NCBI GenBank assembly: GCA_045837725.1
Contig: JBEWZL010000244.1
Coordinates: forward strand, 62,001 to 126,000
Direction of reading: 5' to 3'
Length of the DNA: 64,000 bases
From: Vermamoeba vermiformis
Lineage: Eukaryota
In this document: positions 35,839 to 48,592 of the stretch, piece by piece
Numbering within the stretch: position 1 is the stretch's first letter
Layout: every line of letters begins with the position of its first letter
Notes under the pieces: model-generated
The model's database searches: none
What the model was told of the DNA's origin: nothing
What the model saw: the letters and a program-made list of their open reading frames with translations, nothing else
Position numbers and translations under genes: made by a program

Positions 35839-38800
35839 TTAAAAAGCAATGGCAGGAGTGTACACGGTCAATGTTTGAATGATGATTTCAACTTTGACGC
35901 TGTTGTCCACGATGCAATTGGTTCGTTGTGTTGGTGTGACATGGAATGTTCAACGGATTAGCAGCCTTTTGCACTAATGTACGTGCCGTGGAGGTACGTC
36001 GACCACGTGTCTGAATTTTCATTGAAAATCTTGCTGCCGTCTGGTACAAGTTGAGTAAAAATTACAAAGCCTTATAATCTGATAACGTACCCAAAGTCAA
36101 ATCTCTAGGTTTCTCGCCCATTACTGTTGGTTGGACATATGGACTTCTGAATCTAATAATAAAGTTTGCCGCCAAAATTGGTGCTTGATCCAGCGATGAA
36201 AATGCGTCATCGTGAGTTTCATTGTCAGGCAACAGCTTCAAATGCACAAATACGATTGGCATGCCAGGACCGGATTCAAGAATGAGTTGCCTAATATGGT
36301 TCATTGAGTGTTTATCAAATCTTGCGAATGTCAATTGAAACGTACCAGTATCGGCCACAAATTTTGATCGGAGCTGACGAGATACGGCCAGATTCAACAT
36401 CGGAAAAGTTCTTAAATATGATGGTTGCAGAATTCCAATGATAGAGAACTCTTGCTATTGACGTGTTGATGCCCAAATAAGGGTTCGAAAACTTGCTCAG
36501 ATCTGGCTCGTGCGTCTTCGTTTTAACGCAACAATTCAAATAAAAGCGTTGCAAATATTGACCTTCCGTATAATAATGATAAGCGAGGGTCATTAAGGTA
36601 TTACTACGGCTTACTTTCATTATAGATGGTTAAAGGCAGCTTGCCCAATCTCGCTTGGATTTTCTCTAAGTTATTTCTACTAAATATCTAAAAACGGAAA
36701 TAATTAGATGTTTGATAGCCAAAGAGATACGAGCGCGTTACATTTGGCGATAGTTGTTCTGTTGCTAGTTCTTTGTCAAAGTCGAATTCGTACATGTAGT
36801 ATTGAAGACTAAAATATCTTGTCGGAGGCTCGTACCAAACATTTTTTTGCAAATGTTTTGTGAACGCGACAAGATCTTGCTCTTCATTAATTGGTAACGG
36901 AATTTCGCGATCGGGTGCCTCAATAACGTTGTTCTTCTTCGGACCAGGACGGCGTATTCCATCAATCGTAAATCTACGGATCATTATTAGAAGAAATTAT
37001 GGAGCAGATTTAATGCTATTTACCCAGCTTGCCAAAATCGTTCCCAGCGCCAAATTCCTTGACTGATTACGGTGTGATCTCGTAATAATTTGAACTTTGC
37101 AATGTGCAGGACCTCGGAAAGGTAATAGTAGACAGGATGACTTGTATCCTTCGCGAGTTCTTCATTGGAAGGAACTTCTTGGTCTAAAGTACGTAACATG
37201 TCAAAAGTGTCATTCAAAGTGTCAAAGTGTCAGATGTCATCGACTTACCAAAGTACCCATGCATTCTAAAGTGCAGCGGTAGAGATGTCGAGAAGCCTCG
37301 TCCAGCATACTTATAAACGCGCATAATCTGAAACTTATCTTGTGTGTCCATGCTGCTGTCCAAGAAGTTCGTCTTGTACTTCATGCCAATCACGAACTTG
37401 GGCAAGCACAACACATCTTTGCCGTTGTATCCGACGCACACGCAGTTCAAGTCGTAGTGTAGGAGTACTTCTGCGGGTGATTTGTGCAGACAAAGGATGA
37501 TTTGAATGGGCTTGAACGTCGGTCCAAATATGGTCACCGTAGGGTACATGTCGTTGATAAAAAGATGCGCTTTTGCATCAACTTTCAATACTGCTTCAAA
37601 GATTTCTTGCACCTGAAACAATGTCAGTTAATGGGTGGCGACATTAAATTGAAATCTCAATAAATTGTTTAAATTGGTCGCAATTACCTTAAGGCGAGTT
37701 TGTTCGACATTCAACCCATAAATATACAAATCAATATCAGTGCTCTTATACTGGCCATTTTGGAACTCGATGTTAGTTTCAGGATCGTACAACCCTTCAT
37801 CCGCGTTAAAGGCTTCTTCTTCAGTCTCCTTATGCATAATTCGCTTCCACGCTTCTTCGCTCATTATTCTCAAACAATGCAAGATACTTCCGCCTGCTGC
37901 GAATAAATTGGTCCAATCCACGAACTGAAATACTCCGCCCGTCAGTTCGTTCCATCGTTCTTGGAATTTATCGCGATCATTAATGGCGGGAATATCTGGT
38001 GGAGGCTCCTTAGGTTTATTCATTGCATTTTCATGCCACCTTTGGTGGAATTCTCCCATAAAGGCTTCTTGCCATCTGATCGCCGATTCGACAATAGGAT
38101 AATAGAACGGCTGTAGTATTTGTTAATATACCGAGGTTAAATTCACCGTCAAAAACTGCTCGCAAAAAAGCTACGAAAAAACCAACCAACGCTACGTACA
38201 TTTAAATTGGCCATAGTAAATAGGTCGTAGTGTTCGAAGACATTGAGGAGCAGTTGATTCTCCGTTTGTAACAAGAATGGATGTGTTGGATGAAAATGAT
38301 ACAAATAGCGATAGACGTCTTCTTCTTGTTTCATACTAATATCAAATTCGAGTTATTTAGTCCATAGATAATAATTAACATATTAGTTTGAATGTTCGAA
38401 GGTCTTACCAGCCAAGAACAATTTCGAGTTGAACTTTACTTTTGTCGAAATAATGCGAGAGCGGTAATTTGAGAAAGTTTCGAAGAGCCGTGAATGAGAG
38501 CTGAGAGCATACGGCAGGAATAAGGTTCGATGGTATTGTCGCCTTGAGACTATTGCACTGATCCGGATCTGACGGAAAAGGAAATCAATATTTTGCAAAC
38601 CATGAAATTAGTTAAAACTGACATAAAATTAGTACAAATTAATTCAATACGTCGCAGATTCATACGCAATAGAAGGGTAATATTTAGAAATTTGTCAGCG
38701 TATTGAACTTTTTTCTTACCTCCGGATGTAGCCAAGTAATTAACTGTTTTGATAATTTGGCCGAGTACTATAGTAGTCAACTTAGGAATATGCTTCTTCA

Positions 38801-38972
38801 CGTCTCTATCGTGCGTATACCAATCCAGATCGAGGTGATGTTCAACATTGAAGTCTTCAAACCAAGAGGGTTCATCTTCCTCTTCCTCTTCCTCTTCTTC
38901 ATCTTCCTCTGCATGTTGCGGTTTCGGGTTTGAGTAGTCCTGAATCCATTGAGATAGCGCTCTGTTATCCAT
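35839..38972 (-). CDS. Pol-beta-superfamily nucleotidyltransferase-like protein with C-terminal MATH/TRAF-like domain
   Basis: AAGGSILHCL...TDIDLYIYG, IQIIL...SPAEVLLHYDLNC, RVYKYAGRGF; spliced C-terminus FKNFS...SSAPIKICGRYWQLIL...IVDNSVKVEI. Confidence 0.72.
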
Positions 38973-39085
38973 TTTGACTTGTGTTTTATTTTTAGGTGCG
39001 ATCGAAAACTAACTTTTTGCAGCGACAGATTTTCATTTTATTTTTGCCTCCTGTATTAGTCAACACATATAGGTTCATTGTTACG

Positions 39086-42000
39086 ATGTCGACGTGGGAA
39101 GAAGAGCTTAATGCGGATTTGAACGACGTTCAAAAACACAAACCACCAATCTCCGCAAGTCGCGTATCTTCAGTTACAAAATTAGCATATAAACATAGCA
39201 AGGTACGTCTAAATTATATAGATATTTATTCGGGCTGTAAATTAATTATTATTGGATTTTTATGACTTTTTGGAAAAAGATGTGCTTTAATTTTTAAAAT
39301 AATACAAGCAGTCGTTTATCGCTAATAATAATAATATAGCACGCCAATGATATTGCCTTTATGATCGAGAATTTTCTGGAATTAGCAAAGCCCGAATACA
39401 AGTTGGCCGCGTTGTATCTGATCGACTCAATCTGCAAAGCCAAGAAACAATCAGATCGCGATGTTTATGTAAAACGATTTAGTCAAAATATCGAAAATAC
39501 TATCAACAGAGTTTTAGACTGTACAGAAAAAGATAAGGTGACTATTCCTTTATACATCTGAATATTCTACGCAAATTATTTTCTTCTGCATGAAATTATT
39601 TCCTATTTATTTTATATATAAGACCGTCTATTGATTTTCAGTAACGCCGTCAATCGCTTTATTCTGTATCGAATAAAGGTCCGGATTGTAAACAAAGCAT
39701 TTGACGGATGCGCTGAAAAGACTTAGATTTGTCGCATGTAAATACTATATTAATACTAAATAAGAATTCTGTAAATGTAAAATTAAATTGTAGATTTGTA
39801 ATTGTAATTTGTCGTTTAAAAAAATAATCGTAAACTTGTCAAATCTGTTCTATTTACAATAATAAACCAATAGCAATATTTTAACCAAATCTAAATGCAT
39901 TAAATGCGAATATTGTTAACGGTATTTTGTTATTCTATTGCTATATAACAGGCGGCAGTTAAAAAAGTGATCAACCTTTGGGTCTCGCAAAAGGTGTTTA
40001 ACGAGAACATTTTGCAAACTGTGGCTCAAGTCATGCAACAAAGAATAGGCGTGGTGCCTGATGGTATGTTTAATACTTCATTATCCAGATGTTAAAACAA
40101 TTTTCGAAACCACATCCGATCTAACTACGTTACTTCAATGAAAAATTGTTCTAATAATATATATTAGGTATCACTATCAAGCCAGTGCAGCCTACAGTCG
40201 GATTTGATGCTCAAGCACTTCTAGCTACGATTGCAAGCCAAACTCCAACACAACCGGCAGTCAATTACAACTACAACAGCGCTGCTGGTGCTACTATGCC
40301 TATGAATACTATGCCTGGTCAAGTGCCTGTAGGCATGACTGCTCCTATTACCAATTACGCAAGTAAGTCTCGTTATCAAGATCCAGTACGCGTAACGCAA
40401 TACTTTATTTCTTGAAAAAGAGAACAAAGCCGATTAATAACTTGTTATATGCATAATTTGAGGCGATAAATAGGGCCGTAATCGCGAGGGTGATTAATAA
40501 TTTTATCGTAGATCCAGCTCAATTCACGTACGTAGCACCGACAGTGACGAGTACGCCTATCGTGCCAGTGGCAACTATTCAACCCAGACCTGCAGCTCAA
40601 CCATTGGACAGCGCGCTGTTTGATATCTATGATGATCTGGAGGATGATGAGCAGCGCATTGCTGAGCAGAAGAAGAGGCGTGAGGAAGAGGAGCAAAAGC
40701 GACGAGAAGAGCAAGATAGGTTGTTAACTTTAGCTAATAACCAAGCTGCGTAAGTACTAACCTCGTGTAACGATCACACCGCTAAAACAACTTCCTATAA
40801 TTGTACTTGCTTATCTAAATGCCTGCTGGTATAATATACTAATGTAACGCATATTATAATAACAGGCCTGTTGCCGAGCAGCCAGTAGCTGTACAAACAA
40901 CGCAAGCTCAAATCGCACCAACACCTGCATCCGTTCCACCACCTCAAGTTCAAGTGCCAGTACCTACTATGAATCCTAATATGCATATGCAACAGCCTAC
41001 TGGTGCTATGAATGCAATGCCCGGTGCTCCTTTCAACCAACAACCTGCGCCGATCCAGTCGCAAGGCTTACCGCCTCCACCAAACACGTACCAGCCCATG
41101 GCAGTGCCGCACCAACAGCCTCCTAATATGGGCCGAGGAGGTGGTTATGTCCCTCCCATGCAACCCAATCCTTATGGTCAATTCCAACCAAATCCGGCTG
41201 CATCCGGCAACTTCCAACAACAAGGAATGCAGCAAGGCTTCCCTGGAGGCCCTAATCAATTTAATACGGGTCCTCCACAATTCAATGGACAAGTACCGCC
41301 TAATATGCAAGGCAAGGGTCCTATGGGTCGCGGACGTGGTCGTGGATTCAACAACTACGCTCCAGATCCAGCGAACTTGCCCACTGGTGAGCCAGTAGGC
41401 AACAACATGGTCAGAAGTAAGTATAATATGTTATCAAGCCATTACTATAAACGCATTTTACGAGTTTTTTCGAGAGCTAGTACATCCGCTAATAATGATT
41501 CTTACGCAGACAAGAGTAAAATTCTCTTCGTTGGAAATTTAGCTCCTACTGTCACCGAAGAACATTTAGGCAAGATTTATTCTAAATACACTGGCGAGGC
41601 TAAAGTCAGAGTAAGTCTTAAAAAAAATGTAGCTCATTAGGCTTAGACTAATTGATCTTAGTATTTGGCTCCGAAACATATGGCCTTCGTAGCATTCCCT
41701 GAGCGATCTATTGCCGAAAAAGCTAAAGAAGAGACAGTCGGAAAATTTTTAGAAGGACGAGATCTGAAGGTAAAAATTAAAAATACTAGAATTAATTATT
41801 ATACGTGTACTAATGAATGTTTGTAGGTCGGATGGGCTATGGAGTTTAAATCTGACGATTTCAATCGCGATACAGGCGAGGCTACGGTGCCGATGAATGC
41901 AATTTCAATGTACCGCGCCGATCAGTTTGTAGTCTTGCCTCATAATCCTGTAAGCACATTAAATATACCACAATGTAGTATCGATATAGCTAATGGTAAT

Positions 42001-42693
42001 ATTTAGAACGATGTCATCCCGTTAGAAGAGCCTCGAGGTAGAGGTCGAGGTGGATTTGGTCGCGGCGGAGGTGACTTCAATGGAATGGGCCGAGGACGCG
42101 GTGGATTTGGTCGAGGAAGAGGACTACAGTCATATGATGATAATAGTCACTATGGTGGTGGTCATCGCAACTTCCAATCTCAGTGGTCACATCCGCAACA
42201 GAGTGGCGGAGACGATGGATCTGATTACTCTGTGAAATTAACTGGCGGAGAAGAGGATAAAGGAGGGCCGCTAAGAGTGCTCAAGGTGCCGGCTATGGTC
42301 AATACGTAAGTACTTATTTAAAGTGATGCTCGATCCGTTACAAATTTTTTTCTAATAAATTCTTAGGACAATTATTACGATAGCTATTACTACGGCACTG
42401 GCGATCAAGCCGAATATTACCAGCAATACTATGCAGCTGCAGGCGCAGATCCGTACGGTGCAGCAGCAGCCAAGTCTGGAGCTTCAAGCGATGATAAAAA
42501 CAGATCTGGTGGCAGTGGTCCTTCATCCAGAAAGAGATCTCGATCTCGATCTCGTTCCCGAGATAGACGCAGATCACGTTCAAGATCAAGATCACGTGAT
42601 AGACGCAGCGGAGGACGTCGACGAAGCAGCAGATCAAAATCTCGATCCCGATCTCGATCACGTGATCGTGATAGCAAGAGAAGAAAGCTTTAA
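39086..42693 (+). CDS. CID-RRM-RS protein, SCAF4/SCAF8 / Nrd1 / Seb1 family (apparent 1-nt frameshift near 42260)
   Basis: CID (KPPISASRVSSVTKLA...YKLAALYLIDSI), Pro/Gln-rich middle, RRM (SKILFVGNL, MAFVAF, LKVGWA), RGG repeats, RS-rich C-terminus. Confidence 0.88.
39665..39866 (+). promoter_or_regulatory. Intronic UGUA cluster with AATAAA (candidate premature termination/polyadenylation signal)
   Basis: TGTA at 39665, 39687, 39737, 39770, 39776, 39789, 39797, 39803; AATAAA at 39861. Confidence 0.55.
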
Positions 42694-42981
42694 GCATACT
42701 AGATGATGTGCAGTTAACTTGTAAATGTAAATCATAAAATAGTTGTTGCCGAGTACAACTTCGCGTTTCGCACGTGCCAATAAAGTGATTGAACTACTGC
42801 TTGTCTGTACGGGTAAAACTAGAGAATAACGCAACCTTAGTTGGCGTTGGCAAAGTAGATTTCCCGGAATTTAAGTCACACGTGGCTTCTTCTTCTTTTT
42901 TTCTGACGTACGTCACAATACATTATAAGTGGTATCTCTTCAAGTAATGGCAGTTGTTTTTTAAAGACACTAACCATTGCC

Positions 42982-45900
42982 ATGGATTTTTTGGACATCC
43001 CCGGCTTTGGCCAACTAATGACTACGCCAAAAGTAGATACTACTGTTGAGAATCTTGTAAAAGAGGCGACCTGGGCTCGCTTTCACTCTCTTGGAGAATG
43101 GGTAACCAAAGGTATCCGCGAAATTAATTTTATTATTTTTGGTTCGTTTTGGAGATCGCACACGAAATCGGCTCTAATGTGCTAAAAATATTTTTGAAAA
43201 TCATTACGCGACTGACACAGCATCAATGTAAATATTTTCTCGTTCTGTTGGATGTGACATTTTATTTTAGTTCCCCAACAGCTACACACGCTTTGGACGA
43301 GCAAAAATGCTGGTGAAGTGCATGATGCATTACAAAGGCTTGTTAGCGCGTTGTTCTTCGCACATAAGGAAATTACAGAGCCCGAAAATGGATCTGAAGT
43401 GAATGAAGAATCAGAGATCTTACTTGTTGAACTTCTAATTGAAAGTACGTAATCTCAGTCATCTATGCGCATTTAACAAATTATAAACGGCATTAATTTT
43501 TACAGTTATTCGATTTTCGTGGCCGATCCTGAAGAGTGATGCCTTGCAAAAGGGGACTCTTTTTAAACGTACGTTGCGTCCAATCTAAAATAATTATTTA
43601 TTCAGCTAATTGATATTTTAGAGCTTATAATTTTGGCGAATGACTTCGAGATTCCGTCAGATCAGCGGTGGGGAGGTCCACCATCCGCTGTACGAGCATT
43701 GGGCGAAGCGGCCGAGATCCTCGATGATCTCTTGGCTAGTGCTAGCGGTAGGACAGTATTTTAATAGTTATAGGGTCTGACTGATCGTGTCTTAATAAGA
43801 TGACTTGGACATGTTGCAATGTTGCGCTGTGGCAACAATTCGCACAGGCATGATGAGCTCCGCGGACAAGGAAAGGTTTGATAAGTTATTACAACCATTG
43901 AGTGCCGCCACTGACGATGCAACGAGGTATTTATAGCCCCTATCCCATTAGAGCTGATGGATATAAGCCATTGCTAACCTTGTATCTTGCAGAGCATGTT
44001 TCGTGTACTCCGCCGCTCATTTGGTCAAAGGATCATTCTTCGTCAATGAAGAAAAGAAGCAACAACTTATCGATATTTGCCACAACTTTCTCTCATTACC
44101 TGACGTGTTACTCACCAAGTTGATGGCCGCACTGGTCACGGCCAGAACCCAGACCAATCAAGTATGTATACCCTTCGAACGTTTGCTCTATTTGAAGCTA
44201 AAATGGCCTTTTTAGGCCTCTGCTGAGGTGCTTCATACATTGGCTGACTATTTGTTGCACTCTGAAGAGTACGAGAAAATATTTGAGTAAGTTTTCAGAT
44301 TTGATGACTGCCTTGCACGAAGGGCTCACTGTTTGCATTATAAGCACGACGCCGTTAGGAAATGTTATGAATCTAGCTTACGCCATTCGTACGTACTAAG
44401 TTCTTGCCTGTTACCTTTGCTAATCTTTCTTGTGCAGCTCGCTACGTGAGCACGTTGAACCCTGCAGGTGACATATTCTTCACGCGAGTGTTGGAGAATA
44501 TGAAGGCACTCTACGCGAAGTCTGACGTGAATTATGTGACACTCACGGAAGTTACATTACTATCGTTCAATTATGGCATGAAGGAGCCTATTCTGCCAGG
44601 CATGAAAGTCATCGATTTGCAGCCGCCGTCAGTTAAGTTGTTGCAAACACTCGTTGAACTCGATCAAGTTTGGACCAACGAGAAGGTCCTCAACTTCATG
44701 GGGAAGAAAGGTGTTCCGCTGAAGAGAGAAGCACTTGCTGAGTTCTTGGCGGACAATGTTGATGATGGCACGAAGAGGTTCCCCAAGTTTGCAGGCATCG
44801 ATGAGATTCCGTGGCACAAACTGAGTCATGCTTACGGCGAGGCGACGGATGTTCCCGATTTTCTGAGAATGTTGGCTTCTGCCAATCAAAGAAAGCGTAA
44901 ACGAGCACAACACGTTTTGTACGGAAATATTTATCACCAAGGCTCCATTTGTTCAGGTAATTTTCTTTCATTTTTTTTTTATCAACTCTTGTCTTACACT
45001 TCTGTTCCCAGCCACGCCTTATGCAGTGCCGTACTTGATTGAACTGTTAGAATGTACTCTAGTGCAAGACAAGCCACACATTTTGATATACTGTGTCCAC
45101 TTACTGGCGAGCTTCGCTGAAGGATATTTCTGCACGAAAACTGGTTTTGACGTCAGTGTCGAGTATCCGCTAGTCGAAGATGAAGGCAACAACGAGAACG
45201 AAGAAAATGGCGCAGGTGAAGGCGGCTACAGTGCAAAGAAACACAAGATCGAGCAGCACCTCGTCAACGGACTGCCTGTGTTTTTTCAACTGCTTAAAGA
45301 CCCCAACCCTCAAAGTAAGTGTGACGCGAGAAATTCGCCGGTCTAATTTTTGTTCACAGTACGGGGATGCACAGCGTTCGTTCTGGCGTTCTTGCCACGA
45401 GTCGCGGAACAGACAGTGCCGAAGATCAAAGAACAGGTGCTCGTGGAGACAGACTCGAGTGCGAAGGGCAGTTTGTTGTTGGCTCTTGGCATGCTGTTGT
45501 CGCGCGTTGCAAGTCACGAAGAGTGTTTGCAATTCTTCAACGCGCAATGGGACCTCGTTAAAGCCAGCGATGATGAGAGTAAGTCGCTGATATTTGAGGA
45601 ACTTACGTCGAGAGGATTTAATCACTCGTGTTTTACAGCGGTGAAGTTTTGTGTTGCAGCGTGCTTGTGTCGATTGCTGATTGGTCAAAAGGCACCAAAA
45701 TATGCAGTGGATCAGCTGCGCAAAGCTGTCGGCAAAGAAGACTCAAACATCAATTATCACGTAAGGATTATTCTTTCATTGAAATTATTAAAGAAGTGTA
45801 TTTTGATTGTTGGTTTCAGGCCTTTGATACTCCTTCGACATTGGCCATGGGCTTAATTACAATTTCGAAGACTGACGATGCCTTGCCTGACATCATTCAG

Positions 45901-46255
45901 CAGTTCAAAAACACTACGTACGATGACCATATTTGCTATAATGCTTTCGTTACGTTAATGTTACTGATTATGATTATTTAGAGACATGTTCAACGTGTTG
46001 CCCGTGCTGCGATCGATGCTGTCAATGGCATTCAGATTCGAATTTGAGACCGACAAGCTCATTAATCCTGCTACACTGAAGCCAGAACAGCTCGAAGTGT
46101 TGCAAGCAATTGTGGATCACGGCGATCAACTCGTGTGGGGCTTTGGAAACGCTTGCAGGATGTTGAGAGACGAGTTTCAACTTCCTGGCAACAAAGACCG
46201 TATGATCGAGTTCGTTGAAAAAGCCAAGGCCAGCAAAGATGTGATGGAAATGTAA
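42982..46255 (+). CDS. HEAT/ARM-like helical repeat protein with a bacterial-type HAYG...HQG domain
   Basis: IDEIPWHKLSHAYGEATDVPDFLRMLAS...LYGNIYHQGSICSATPYAVPYLIELL followed by HEAT-like helices; multi-exon. Confidence 0.75.
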
Positions 46256-46433
46256 CATTAATGGTTAAAAGCGGCATTTGTACACAGGATTTCCAAGGCT
46301 GTTTTTATTTTGAGATATCACAAGCTGAACCATCGCACGTGCACTCTCTCCATCATACGGCGCAATGTCATTGGGTATCGCATCGTAATGTCCTAATAAA
46401 AAGTTTGCTGGACAGTTGTGGAACGGCACAACT

Positions 46434-48199
46434 TTATTTGCTCGAATAGGCAAAGGTAGTCCAGGAAACAATGTTCAACGGATTTGCATGGAATCCTCGC
46501 CGCTTCACTCGGTAATCGTCCATCAACCCGCCGTTGAGTTGCAACATTCCATCTGCAAAGATGTTGAACCAATGTTTGCAGACGAGATTGAGCGATACAA
46601 TGTGCTTTAATTTCTCGGTATTTGATGGACCAAACACGAAGCTGAGAATGAGTTTGACCAATTCGGGCAACAATATCATTGACAACTTATCGAGCTGGGT
46701 ATTGTTCTCTAATTTTTTGAATTTTGGAATCAATGTGATAACGCATTTGGTGTCTTCGGGATGTTTTCGTTCTAACGTGAAATTTCCGTTGAAATTTATC
46801 CAATCAATTTCACGTGTCATTGCGTTATCGACCACTCGCCGCTTATGTTGAGAGAACCAAAACTGTCCGTCGCGGCACAAGTATAGGTCCTTATATCCTT
46901 GATGAAATTTCATAAGGTGTGTTCCAGTAATTGTTTCTCCTCGTATAATTTTGTGTCGCTTTTGCAGATCCAATTTTTTCACGGTAGATTCGGTCTCTTG
47001 ATTGGTCTTAATGTTTCTGATAACGAACTGCCAATCGATAGTAAGATCTTCTATAAGTAATCTATCGTATAATTGGTCCTCCAAACTCCAAATAAAAGCA
47101 CGTGGGTCTTTAAATTTTTCATCTGCCGTGGAAGGATTTTTGGTATCGTAGATCCAGCAATTATCTGGGTCTAAAGTGGGCTTGTATTTCAATGTAATAG
47201 CAACACTAGTAACACGTTACATTATAACTACTATATTCTTAAATTGTCATACGTACTTGCTAAGCCACACTCGCATTTGGATCTTGAACAAAAGTGTTGT
47301 ATTAAAAAAGGCTGGATCTGGTTCAAATTCTTTCGTCCAAGACTGGTGCGATGTTGTTATAATCGTTGGCGAATATTCCGTCTCGAACATATCAGGCATA
47401 ACGAACTTCAGTTTGACTTCGTACGCGGATGTCGGATCCACTTCAATAGGAACTTTTCTGCAGGCAATAATATTGATAAAAATCGTTATAAATCCATGTA
47501 TATAGTATATTTACGCGACGGAAAGTTCGGAGGTCCTAAAATAAACAAAGTTAATGTCAATCGTTTCTCTGAATTAGTTCTTTGACTTACATCCACTCAG
47601 CCGCACCGGCTTTTCTATATAAGACTTGCTTATATAGTGATTTGTCTTTTATAGGACAACTAACGAGAATATTAAATGGACTTTGGGCTCGACAAATTGG
47701 TTCACATGTCAACTTCATCGTTGATTCGAGCATAAAAACGGAATCTTTCGAGTAAAGTCAGATTACAGTACTATTATATGAGTATGACGTACATCGATAT
47801 TTTCCTCCTTGTGATATGATCTTGTATTTTCCTTTTTTTGGTGCCCAAGCAAACCGAAAAACAAATTTATCTCCAAATGTATTCCCTAAGCAAATTACAA
47901 TTTTAAAATTAATTAATTAACGATATTATAAATATTAATACCTTCAATAGTCTCGCCAGTCTCCAAATAAATCAATGAAAATTGTTTTAAATAAAATCTG
48001 TCTTGGATGTCAATTCGAACAAGCTTAATTGGCCTATCGTCATCGAAATCTACTGTAAATAGATGTTCAAATGATTCATTTTGGTACTGATAGTAGTTTG
48101 TCGTTGAATAAATGTCAGAGACGATCGGAATCCACTGTAACTCATTCTATTAAATTAATTAGGCATTTTAGCGTCCATATTCTCAATAAATATTACCAT
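46434..48199 (-). CDS. Hypothetical protein with C-terminal F-box-like motif
   Basis: Large last exon containing LLPELVKLILSFV...SLNLVCKHWFNI; several small upstream exons; start uncertain (ATG-only exon). Confidence 0.6.
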
Positions 48200-48592
48200 T
48201 GTTGTTGTTATCGATGTATTTGAATTAAATTAAACGTGTTTGGCTTTAACAAAAGTTTGAAGAATAAACCTAGAATGTAGGTAAGCAATAAGTTCTGTGG
48301 CTAGGCTGTCTATTTTAAAGCTAATAAAGTATTGTTAAACTAATGGAATAGCCTGAAGAACAATATAGCTCGCTACTTAACCAGTTGTACGTTCTGATTC
48401 ACATGGCCCGGTTGCTGTGGCTTCCTTTATACTTGATCAAAGCCAGTAATAATAATAAGGTCAGTTCAAAAGACATACAAACTAATTTTTACAGCGAAAG
48501 CTATTTATTTACAAAATAAAAGGAGGCAAAGCCACATCCAGCAAGATCTTTTCAATCTGCTTATTAACGACGAGAGATGTATGTCATCTCTA

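Noticed and set aside
37200-37240. Short CAAAGTGT tandem repeats
   Set aside because: A few degenerate units inside an intron, with no unique spacers; not CRISPR-like.
42338-42706. Overlapping ORFs on both strands near the SCAF-like 3' end
   Set aside because: Alternate-frame and antisense readings of the repetitive RS exon.
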